Origin: an uncultured Chloroflexia bacterium
GTDB taxonomy: Bacteria > Chloroflexota > Limnocylindria > Limnocylindrales > CSP1-4
Assembly: GCA_963824735.1 (NCBI GenBank)
Contig: CAWGQH010000014.1
Coordinates: 74,853 to 138,852 of the forward strand
DNA: 64,000 nucleotides
Direction of reading: 5' to 3'
The notes below the pieces were generated by a model. That model had not been told where the DNA came from. It saw nothing but the letters and a program-made list of their open reading frames with translations, and did no database searches. Below are positions 25,634 through 33,487 of the stretch, one piece after another; within the stretch, counting starts at the first letter, position 1; each line of letters starts with the position of its first letter. Position numbers and translations under genes: made by a program.

Positions 25634-26917
25634 CTAGCCCGGGACGAGACCCCGCCACGTGTCGAGCGCCCAGTGCCAGTCCTCGGCGTCGTCGAACGTG
25701 ATCCGCACGACGGCGCCCGAACCGCGGACGGCCATGAAGCCTTCGACGACGCCGATCTCGACGCCCGAGCTCGAGTCGGTCATCAGCCGGGCGCGGCCGA
25801 GGAGCGGACCGGCGCGATGCATGAGGGCCTTCGACCCGAGGTTGCCCGCGACCTGATCGAGGAAGTCCTGGGCGCCCATCGGACCCGATGGCGTTCCGGT
25901 CGCCGTCGCCGCCAGCGTGATCGTCCGTCCCGCCCCGCCGACCCACAGCTCGTCCTCGGTGCGGACCTCGGCGAAGGAACCCGGCACCTCGAGCACCCAG
26001 CCGCCGTGGGTAAGGACGACCGGGGCGCGCCGGTAGCCGATGAGGGTCGATGGCGCCAGCATGGTCTTGGCGCGGTCGATCATCTGCCCGGCCATGTGGT
26101 CGTACAGGCCGCGGACTCGAGCCAGCTCCCGCCAGGCATGCCACGGGTAGGGGAGGCCCGGTTCGAGCGGGAAGGCCTTGCTGAGCAGCCGGTGGACCTC
26201 GTCGATGAGCTCGGCCTCGCCCTGCACCGCGGGGGCGCGCCAGCGAACGTCGAGCCACATCAGGCACAGCGCCCGGTTCAACAGGTAGCGCCCGTCGGTC
26301 GCGTCCGCCCACCACGGGGTGACATCGACGGCCACGCGGGGATCCGCGATGGCCGCCTCGAGCCATGCGGCGTCGCGGGGACCAAGCGCCGTGGCAATCG
26401 CACCATCGAACGTGTAGCGGGTACCCACCGGCAGCCCGAGTTGCGGTGCGGGCCGACCGGCAGCGGCCGCCTTGTGGGCCCTGACCAGCCTTGGCCCGAG
26501 CCACGTCAGGTACGCCTGCTCGACCACGGGCCGCTCGCCGAACGTGACGTCGAGCGGGTCGGCACGCGACCACGCGATCGATTGCTCGAGCCCCAGGCGC
26601 TCGAGGACGCGGCCGACAAAGCGGTGGTAGCCCGGCCCGGCGGTGACGGTCTCGGCGACGACGTCGACGCGGCCGTTGTCCCACGCGAGCATGCGCAGGT
26701 CCGGCGCGGCGGGGTGGAGGGCGACGGTCAGCTGCGCCTGGTCATTGCCCGTGGGCCGCACGTGCGTCCGCCGCACGGCATCCGGATACTCGACCAGCAG
26801 CCATGCCTCGACATCCGCGAGCAGCTGCTCTCCCGAGGGCTGGCGCAGGATCAGCCCCCGACGAGAAGCCTGGCCCGTGGCGCGGGCAATGAGCTGACGA
26901 TCGAGTAGGGAAGCCAC
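25634..26917 (-). CDS. hypothetical protein (~428 aa), no recognised domain
   Basis: Long coding-like ORF. The listed ATG 27094 lies in an AT-richer stretch with poor third-position GC, so GTG 26917 is preferred. Start uncertain. Confidence 0.55.
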   Translation of the reverse strand: MASLLDRQLIARATGQASRRGLILRQPSGEQLLADVEAWLLVEYPDAVRRTHVRPTGNDQAQLTVALHPAAPDLRMLAWDNGRVDVVAETVTAGPGYHRFVGRVLERLGLEQSIAWSRADPLDVTFGERPVVEQAYLTWLGPRLVRAHKAAAAGRPAPQLGLPVGTRYTFDGAIATALGPRDAAWLEAAIADPRVAVDVTPWWADATDGRYLLNRALCLMWLDVRWRAPAVQGEAELIDEVHRLLSKAFPLEPGLPYPWHAWRELARVRGLYDHMAGQMIDRAKTMLAPSTLIGYRRAPVVLTHGGWVLEVPGSFAEVRTEDELWVGGAGRTITLAATATGTPSGPMGAQDFLDQVAGNLGSKALMHRAGPLLGRARLMTDSSSGVEIGVVEGFMAVRGSGAVVRITFDDAEDWHWALDTWRGLVPG

Positions 26918-27286
26918 CGGTCGGCCGACGATACCGGCGCACCGCCGAGCGCGGGCACGTCGCTTGGTACCGCGGGGGAGGCCCAGTGGTACCGGCTCGT
27001 CGAGGCCCAGGTTTCGGCCAAATATCAGCCGTGGTGATTGAAGGTCAAGAGTTTGGCCACAGAGCGAGGCTCGGAGTGGTCGCTTAGTGGCCAAATCAGC
27101 GCCAGAGCGAGTATCTGGCCGGTAACTGGGCGTGCTGGGTGACCAGACCTCTGACTTTCATTACGTGGGCGAAATTTGGCCAGGTTCTGGCGCCAGCGCG
27201 CGCTGGCCGCCGCGTTGCCGGCGGTCCCTCGCCATATCCGACCCCAGTAGTCGGAATTCAGGTGGCGCGCTACACTCAGCGGAGCC

Positions 27287-27679
27287 ATGGACGACCTGTA
27301 TCGCGACTACATCCTCGAGCACTACCGGCGGCCCCACAACTTCGGGGTCATCGACAATCCCGACGCGTCCTACGAGGGCGCCAACCCGCTGTGCGGCGAC
27401 CGGATCACGCTGATGCTCGGCGTGAAGGACGGGATCGTGGACCGCGTCGCGTTCACGGGCCGCGGCTGCGCGATCAGCCAGGCCAGCGCCTCGTTGCTGA
27501 CCGACGAGATCAAGGGCAAGCCGGTGGCCGAGGTGGCCGCGTTCGGTGCCGACGATCTGCTTGACCTGCTCGGGATCGAGATCAGCCCGGCCCGCCTGAA
27601 GTGCGCGATGCTCAGCCACGACAGCCTCCAGCACACGCTGACCGACCTCGGCGTGGCGGAGCAGCAGGCGACCGCATGA
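27287..27679 (+). CDS. sufU: SUF-type Fe-S scaffold/sulfur acceptor SufU (NifU N-terminal family)
   Basis: NPLCGD, GRGCAIS and LKCAML Cys motifs. 130 aa. Confidence 0.9.
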   Translation: MDDLYRDYILEHYRRPHNFGVIDNPDASYEGANPLCGDRITLMLGVKDGIVDRVAFTGRGCAISQASASLLTDEIKGKPVAEVAAFGADDLLDLLGIEISPARLKCAMLSHDSLQHTLTDLGVAEQQATA

Positions 27680-27826
27680 CCACCTGCCCGCCGACCCGGA
27701 TCGAGCGCCGCTGCAGGTGTAACCCGCCGGCCTGATCGCCGGCTCTCCCGGTCGCACCGCCGACCCCCTTTCGCCCTGGCGCCATCGAAACGCCAGCCCG
27801 TCGACCCGTTTGGAGTCCCCACCCAC

Positions 27827-29065
27827 ATGCCAAAGTCATACGGCGACCTCCTCCGCGAGGCCCGCGCGACGATCCGCGAAGTGACGCCCCAGGAAGTCGA
27901 AGCACTCCCCGGGGGCAGCGTCACGCTCGTCGACGTCCGCGAGGCCTCCGAGTGGGAGCAGGGCCACCTGCCCGGGGCCGTGCATATCAGCAAGAGCTAT
28001 GTCGAGCAGCAGATCGAGGCCGCCGTGCCCGATCGCGATTCCGAGGTGATCCTGTACTGCGCCGGCGGCGTCCGCTCGCTGTTCGCAGCCCAGACCCTCG
28101 AGCAGATGGGCTATACGAACGTCGCCTCGATGTCCGGCGGGTTCCAGCAGTGGAAGGGCGCCGGTCTGCCGTGGGAGGCGCCGACCGTCCTGACCGCCGA
28201 GCAGAAGCAGCGCTACAGCCGGCACCTGCTCATCCCCGAGGTCGGGGCCGACGGCCAGGCAAAGCTCCTCGACTCGAAGGTCCTGCTCATCGGCGCGGGC
28301 GGGCTCGGCTCGCCGGCGTCGCTGTACCTCGCGGCGGCAGGCGTCGGGACAATCGGCATCGTCGACTTCGACGTCGTCGATCTGTCGAACCTCCAGCGCC
28401 AGGTCGTGCATACCAGCGATCGGGTCGGGGAGCGCAAGGTCGAATCGGCGCGCAAGACGATCAACGCCCTGAACCCCGACGTGACCGTCGTGGCGCACGA
28501 GGAGATGCTCGTCGCCGAGAACGTCGAGCGGATCATCCACGGCTACGACGTGATCCTCGACGGGACCGACACGTTCGAGACGCGCTACATCCTCAACGAC
28601 GCTGCGGTTGCGGCCGGCATCCCGGTCGTTCACGCGTCGGTCTTCCGCTTCGAGGGCCAGCTCACGACGTTCATCCCGTACGAGGGGCCGTGCTATCGCT
28701 GCCTCTACCCGACGCCGCCCCCGCCGGAGCTCGCTCCGGGTTGCTCGGTGGCGGGCGTGCTCGGGGTCGTGCCCGGGATCATGGGCCTGCTCCAGGCCAA
28801 CGAGGTGCTCAAGGTTCTGCTCGGGCTCGGCGAGACGCTCGCCGGCCGGCTGCTCCTGTTCGACGCGCTCGAGTCAACGTTCACCGAACTGAAGCTCCGC
28901 CGCGACCCGAACTGCCCGGTCTGCTCGACCGAAGCCGTGGAGGCGCGCCGGCTCGGCCGGCCGCTCACGATGGCCGGCGCCGCGGACGCGCCGTTCCTGC
29001 TCGGTGGCTCGTTCACCGCGCTGCCAGCCGACGACGACTCGGTCCCTGCCAAGGTGGACGCGTGA
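27827..29065 (+). CDS. rhodanese + ThiF/MoeB E1-like adenylyltransferase (MoeZ-like, with rhodanese N-terminal)
   Basis: Residues ~1-110 are rhodanese (active loop YCAGGVRS). Then GAGGLGSP nucleotide loop, and CYRC ... CPVC zinc motifs of MoeB/ThiF. Confidence 0.9.
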   Translation: MPKSYGDLLREARATIREVTPQEVEALPGGSVTLVDVREASEWEQGHLPGAVHISKSYVEQQIEAAVPDRDSEVILYCAGGVRSLFAAQTLEQMGYTNVASMSGGFQQWKGAGLPWEAPTVLTAEQKQRYSRHLLIPEVGADGQAKLLDSKVLLIGAGGLGSPASLYLAAAGVGTIGIVDFDVVDLSNLQRQVVHTSDRVGERKVESARKTINALNPDVTVVAHEEMLVAENVERIIHGYDVILDGTDTFETRYILNDAAVAAGIPVVHASVFRFEGQLTTFIPYEGPCYRCLYPTPPPPELAPGCSVAGVLGVVPGIMGLLQANEVLKVLLGLGETLAGRLLLFDALESTFTELKLRRDPNCPVCSTEAVEARRLGRPLTMAGAADAPFLLGGSFTALPADDDSVPAKVDA

Positions 29066-29334
29066 GCACGGTCTTCATCCCGACCGTGCTCCGCCCGAAC
29101 GTGGGTGGCGCCAAGCGGCTCGACCTCGCCGGCGACACGATCCGTGGCGTCGTCGACGAGCTGGTGATGCGCCATCCCGCCATCAAGCAGCAGCTGCTCA
29201 CCGACCAGGGCGATCTCAACCGGTTCGTCAACGTGTACGTGAACGGCCAGGACGTCCGGTATCTCCAGGGCCTCGACACGCCGGTCACGCCGTCCGACGA
29301 AGTGCGGCTGCTCCCGGCGATGGCCGGCGGATGA
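29062..29334 (+). CDS. cysO: MoaD/ThiS/CysO family sulfur carrier protein (C-terminal GG)
   Basis: 90 aa ending ...LLPAMAGG. GTG 29062 overlaps the E1 stop (GTGA). Followed by cysM with an ATGA overlap. Confidence 0.85.
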   Translation: MSTVFIPTVLRPNVGGAKRLDLAGDTIRGVVDELVMRHPAIKQQLLTDQGDLNRFVNVYVNGQDVRYLQGLDTPVTPSDEVRLLPAMAGG

Positions 29335-30365
29335 GGGTGGCCCTTCCGAAGGAACTCCGGCGCGAGGCGCTGCACCCGGCGGCGCACGACCATTTCCACG
29401 CGCACGAGAGCCTGGCCCGCCACGGCGGCCGCTATGCCGACGTGCTCGAGGCGATCGGGCACACGCCACTCGTCGAGATCCCGCGCATGTCGCCCAACCC
29501 GGACGTGCGCATCCTCGCGAAGCTCGAGATGGTGAACCCGACCGGCTCGGTCAAGGATCGCGTCGCGAAATACCTGATCGAGGACCTCGAGGACCGCGGC
29601 CTCCTGCGCGAGGACTCGATCATCCTCGAGCCGACGTCGGGCAACACCGGCATCGCGCTGGCGATGATCGGCCGGCGCAAGGGCTATCGCGTGGCGCTCG
29701 TCATGCCCGACAACGTGACGAACGAGCGCCGCCAGATGGCCGCACTGTTCGGCGCCGAGGTCATCGACTCGCCGGGCCACCTCGGGTCCAACGGCGCGAT
29801 CGACCTCGCCAAGCACCTCGTCGCGAAGGACGAGCGGTTCGTGATGCCGTACCAGTACGGCAATCCCGCCAACACCCGGGCGCACTACGAGACGACCGGG
29901 CCCGAGGTCCTCGCCGACTGCCCGGAGATCGACGTGTTCGTCGCCGGAATGGGGACGTCGGGCACCCTGATGGGCGTGTCGCGCTACCTGCGTGAGCGGA
30001 AGCCGGGCGTGCGAGTCGTGGCCGCCGAGCCACTCCCCGGGGAGCAGGTGCAGGGACTGCGCTCGCTCGAGGAAGGCTTCATCCCGGAGATCTTCGAGCC
30101 CGCCATGCTCGATGCGAAGTACCTCGTCTCGAACCGCGACTCGATCGCGGCGCTGCGCGACCTCGTCTTCAAGGAGGGGATCTTCGGCGGCCCGTCGTGC
30201 GGGGCGGTGCTGGTGGCCGCGGCCCGCGAGGCGATGACGATGACGTCCGGCACGGTGGTCGCGCTGCTCCCGGACGGTGGCTGGAAGTACCTGTCGGCGG
30301 GCACGTTCTCGGCGAACCTCGACGAGATGGACGAGGCGCTCGAGGGCGGCGTCAACTGGTGGTGA
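29331..30365 (+). CDS. cysM: cysteine synthase B-type (CysM, presumably CysO-thiocarboxylate dependent)
   Basis: NPTGSVKDR (PLP Lys) and TSGNTG loop. About 30-aa N-terminal extension relative to typical CysM, so the start is somewhat uncertain. Confidence 0.9.
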   Translation: MRVALPKELRREALHPAAHDHFHAHESLARHGGRYADVLEAIGHTPLVEIPRMSPNPDVRILAKLEMVNPTGSVKDRVAKYLIEDLEDRGLLREDSIILEPTSGNTGIALAMIGRRKGYRVALVMPDNVTNERRQMAALFGAEVIDSPGHLGSNGAIDLAKHLVAKDERFVMPYQYGNPANTRAHYETTGPEVLADCPEIDVFVAGMGTSGTLMGVSRYLRERKPGVRVVAAEPLPGEQVQGLRSLEEGFIPEIFEPAMLDAKYLVSNRDSIAALRDLVFKEGIFGGPSCGAVLVAAAREAMTMTSGTVVALLPDGGWKYLSAGTFSANLDEMDEALEGGVNWW

Positions 30366-30388
30366 GGGGCGGCGGTCGCCGCCGTCGT

Positions 30389-30505
30389 TCCGAAATCGGA
30401 CGCTTGGCAAGATCACTTCCATCCAGCGCGCGATTCCGAAATCGGATTCCGAAATCGGAAGGCAGGTGGTGGGGGGTGTCTCGTCGCCGCCCATCCGATC
30501 TCGGA
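30389..30505 (+). repeat. 117-nt quadripartite palindromic element, copy B
   Basis: Cores TCCGAAATCGGA at 30389, 30435 and 30448, and TCCGATCTCGGA at 30494 (spacing 46/13/46). Fills the cysM-mec gap with 23 nt on either side. Confidence 0.85.
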
Positions 30506-30528
30506 AGCGCCACGCCTGGCGGCGGGCG

Positions 30529-30954
30529 ATGACCGAACACCCAGGACCCGAATCGGTCGAGCTGCCGGCGGCCATCCGTACCGCGCTGATCGACCACGCC
30601 AGGGCCGAATACCCGAACGAGATGTGCGGCGTCATCGTCGGTGACGGGGACGCGGCAACCGGCGGCCGCGCACTCCGTTGGGAGCCCGCCCGCAACGCCG
30701 AGGCGTCGCCCATGCGCTACGTCGTGCACCCAGAGGACCTGCTCCGCCTGACGATCGAGACCGACGACGCCGACGAGGTGTTCTGGGCGATCGCCCATTC
30801 GCACGTTCGCTCGCCTGCCGTGCCCTCACCGACGGATATCGGCGCGGCGCAGTACCCGGACGCGCTGTACATCCTGGTCTCGTTGAGCGAGGACGACGTC
30901 CGCGCATGGCGGATCGTCGACGGGACGAGCCACGAGGTGGCGATCACGGACTGA
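30529..30954 (+). CDS. mec: JAMM/MPN+ metalloprotease Mec (CysO-cysteine hydrolase type)
   Basis: EMCGVIVG and AHSHVRSPAVPSPTD (HxH...S..D JAMM motif). 141 aa. Confidence 0.85.
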   Translation: MTEHPGPESVELPAAIRTALIDHARAEYPNEMCGVIVGDGDAATGGRALRWEPARNAEASPMRYVVHPEDLLRLTIETDDADEVFWAIAHSHVRSPAVPSPTDIGAAQYPDALYILVSLSEDDVRAWRIVDGTSHEVAITD

Positions 30955-31016
30955 GCGCTGCGGCCCGACGCGGAGCACCAGCGTTGCGTATCCTCCGCCG
31001 CGAGGAGGGCACACGG

Positions 31017-31484
31017 ATGGACGACAACATCTACCGGGCCATCGTCTACACGCACATCCTGGCCGCCATGGCGTGGGTCGGCGGGGCGTTCTTCATCCAG
31101 CTGCTGGGTATCAGGACGGCGCGGTCGACGGATCCGCAGGATCTGCCCAAGCTCGGACGGCAGATCGAGTGGTTCGGCATGCGCTATTTCCTGCCGGTTT
31201 CGATCGTCACGTTCGCGGCGGGCGTCATCCTGGTCAGCCAGCGCTGGCAGTTCAGCCAGCTGTGGATCTCGCTGGCGATGCTGTTCTGGCTGGTGTCGGT
31301 GATCATCGGCGCGCTGTACATCGGGCCGCGCTCGAAGAAGGTCGCCGAGATGTTCGAAGCGCAGGGACCGACGTCCTCGGAGGCACGCGCCGCGTCGGCA
31401 CGCCTGTTCATGGTGTCGCGGATCGACCTCGTCTTGTTCTTCGTGATCGTCGGGCTCATGGTGTGGAAGCCGGGCGGCGGCTGA
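31017..31484 (+). CDS. membrane protein (4 TM, DUF2269-like, tentative)
   Basis: ATG 31017 after GAGGAGGG. Hydrophobic helices THILAAMAWVGGAFFIQLL and others. Confidence 0.7.
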   Translation: MDDNIYRAIVYTHILAAMAWVGGAFFIQLLGIRTARSTDPQDLPKLGRQIEWFGMRYFLPVSIVTFAAGVILVSQRWQFSQLWISLAMLFWLVSVIIGALYIGPRSKKVAEMFEAQGPTSSEARAASARLFMVSRIDLVLFFVIVGLMVWKPGGG

Positions 31485-31506
31485 TACCTGACTCCGCGGC
31501 GTCCCG

Positions 31507-31917
31507 GTGAGGGACCGCCGCGGGACCGTCGCCGCCCTCGTCGGCGGCATCGCCGCGCTGGTCATCGGCATCGTCGCCGCCTCGAACGAGGCGTTCCTCG
31601 AGGCGATCGTGTCGCCACCCGCGTTCGTCCGCGCGGTGCTCATCGCGCTGAGCGTCGTCGGTGGCGTCGCCCTCCTGGCTGCCGCGGCCGCGGGGATCTC
31701 CGCGGCAGGCGATTCCGACAACCCTGAGCGCGACCTGCCGGGCATGATCCGCGGCGTCCGCCTGATCTTCCTCGCGGTCGCCGCGTTCGCGGCCGCGGCC
31801 GGCTGGGCCCTCGCGCACCCGTTGCCGCTCGTCGTCGCGCTCGTCATCGCCGCGATCGACGTCATCGAGACGTCGTTCCTGCTGCTGGTCGTCACGGTCC
31901 GCGGCGACCACGCTTGA
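31507..31917 (+). CDS. membrane protein (4 TM)
   Basis: GTG 31507. Ala/Val/Leu-rich helices with near-100 percent GC at third positions. Confidence 0.6.
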   Translation: MRDRRGTVAALVGGIAALVIGIVAASNEAFLEAIVSPPAFVRAVLIALSVVGGVALLAAAAAGISAAGDSDNPERDLPGMIRGVRLIFLAVAAFAAAAGWALAHPLPLVVALVIAAIDVIETSFLLLVVTVRGDHA

Positions 31918-31960
31918 CGGCCACATAGCGGCGGCCTACGGTCGGGTCACGCCGGAGGGG

Positions 31961-33487
31961 ATGGAGGTTCTCGATGACCCGCTCCAGCTGCGCTTCGAGC
32001 ACTGCTCGCATTCCTGGCCGGCGTCGCTTTCGTCGGCGCTGTCGCCGTTGTCGACCAGTCATTCCAGGACCGGATGAGCGACGTCCCCGCAGGCCGCCCG
32101 TGGTGGACCGCCGGCGGCGGAACAGGACGAGGGCGAGGACGAGAACGAGGAGAAGGAAGAGCAGGCCGAGAAGCTCGAGCGGAGACTCGAGGCGCTCGAG
32201 GCGGCCGAACAACGAGGCGAGGTCGGACAGAGCCGGCCCGCGGCTGCCGGGCCTCCGTCAGCGGGTTGGGCCGGCGAGACGCCCTTCGACCCGACGGCCG
32301 ACGACTGGGAGCCTGCGATCGCGGCAGATCCGTCGGCGCCGTGGGTCTATGCGCTCGTCACCCGCTACGGCGCGGGCAAGCCGTGCAAGGGCAACTGCCC
32401 GACGCCGTATACCGCCCTGCGGATCAGCAGCGACGGCGGAGCGACGTGGGGACCGTCGAAGCCCCTGTGTGCCTGCAAGGGCGGTGGCCAGTTCGACCCG
32501 ATCATCGAGGTCGTCCCGCGGACCGGCAGCGTCTACGCGCTGTACATGAACGGCTTCAACGTGGTCTTCGTGAAGTCGACCGATCACGGCGCGACGTGGT
32601 CCGCTCCGGTCAAGACGTACGGCAACGTCAGCTGGAACGACAAGCCGGTCATCGCCGTCAGCGATGACGGGCGGGATGTCTACGCGACGTTCAACGGGCC
32701 GACCGGCGGCGATCCGTGGCTGGCGCAGTCGCACGACTTCGGGGCGACGTGGACGCAGACGAAGCTCGTGAACAGCGACCGGTACTACTTTGCGTTCGAC
32801 GCGGACGTCGCGCCCGACGGCACGGCGTATCTCTCGCAGTCGAGCCTCCTGTATGGCGGCGGTGGCAACAAGGGGACTCCGCCAAGCGGGACGATCGACC
32901 ACCACGTCTTCGTGTCAACAGACCGCGGAGCGACGTGGACCGACCGGAACGTGGCGCAGGTCCAACCAGGACTGGCCTGCACGGCGGCGGGCTGCTCCCC
33001 CGACTTCTACCTCGGCCACAGCGCCCTGTCGGCCGACGCCGGCGGCGCCCTCTCCCTGCTGTACGACGGAGCGTCCACTGCCGGCGGGCAGCAAACCATT
33101 GTCGCCCGGCGCTCCACCGACCGGGGCGCGACCTGGACCGCGCCGGTGACGCTCTCGAAGGCGGGCGAGATGGCGACGAGCCCGGCGGTCGAATCGCGGG
33201 GCAGCGGCGACGTGCGGGCGTGGTGGATGGAGACGAACGGCGGCAACGTCGACGCATGGAACGTCTGGTATCGCCGTTCGACCGACGGGGGCGTGACGTG
33301 GGCGTCGCCGGTGAAGCTGTCCGACGCCACGGCAGGTGCCGCGTACAAGACCCCGGCCGGCTTCCTCGAGATCTACGGTGACTACGGGGAGGTGGCGATC
33401 AACAGCGCGGGCAAGACCGTCGCGATCTGGGGCGAGGGCGCCAGCTTTGACGGTCCCGGGGGCGCCTGGTTCAACCGGGAGCAGTAG
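31961..33487 (+). pseudogene. BNR/Asp-box (sialidase-like beta-propeller) protein with a disrupted 5' region (in-frame TGA 32075-32077)
   Basis: Six SxDxGxTW Asp-boxes. The first (32426-32449) lies upstream of the first in-frame start codon (ATG 32546). The frame is open and coding-like back to 32078 with no ATG/GTG/TTG. TGA 32075 is in frame with ATG 31961. Confidence 0.6.

Noticed and set aside
26940-27290. A tRNA or other small RNA gene in the AT-richer suf intergenic region.
   Set aside because: No T-loop (GTTCGAATC-like) or cloverleaf could be drawn on either strand. Only the GGCCAAAT repeats are reported.
32075-32077. Selenocysteine recoding of the in-frame TGA in the BNR gene.
   Set aside because: There is no Cys-like catalytic context, I could not see an obvious SECIS-like hairpin at the expected distance, and no sel genes are in the window. 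Given five other frame disruptions, a mutation or sequencing error is far more likely.
31892-32212. A 106-aa minus-strand ORF with a Leu-rich TM-like segment.
   Set aside because: It is the antisense of the GAG-rich acidic linker of the BNR gene (Leu codons are the complement of Glu codons). Its third-position G/C is only about half over the part I counted, and the rest of the product is poly-Arg.
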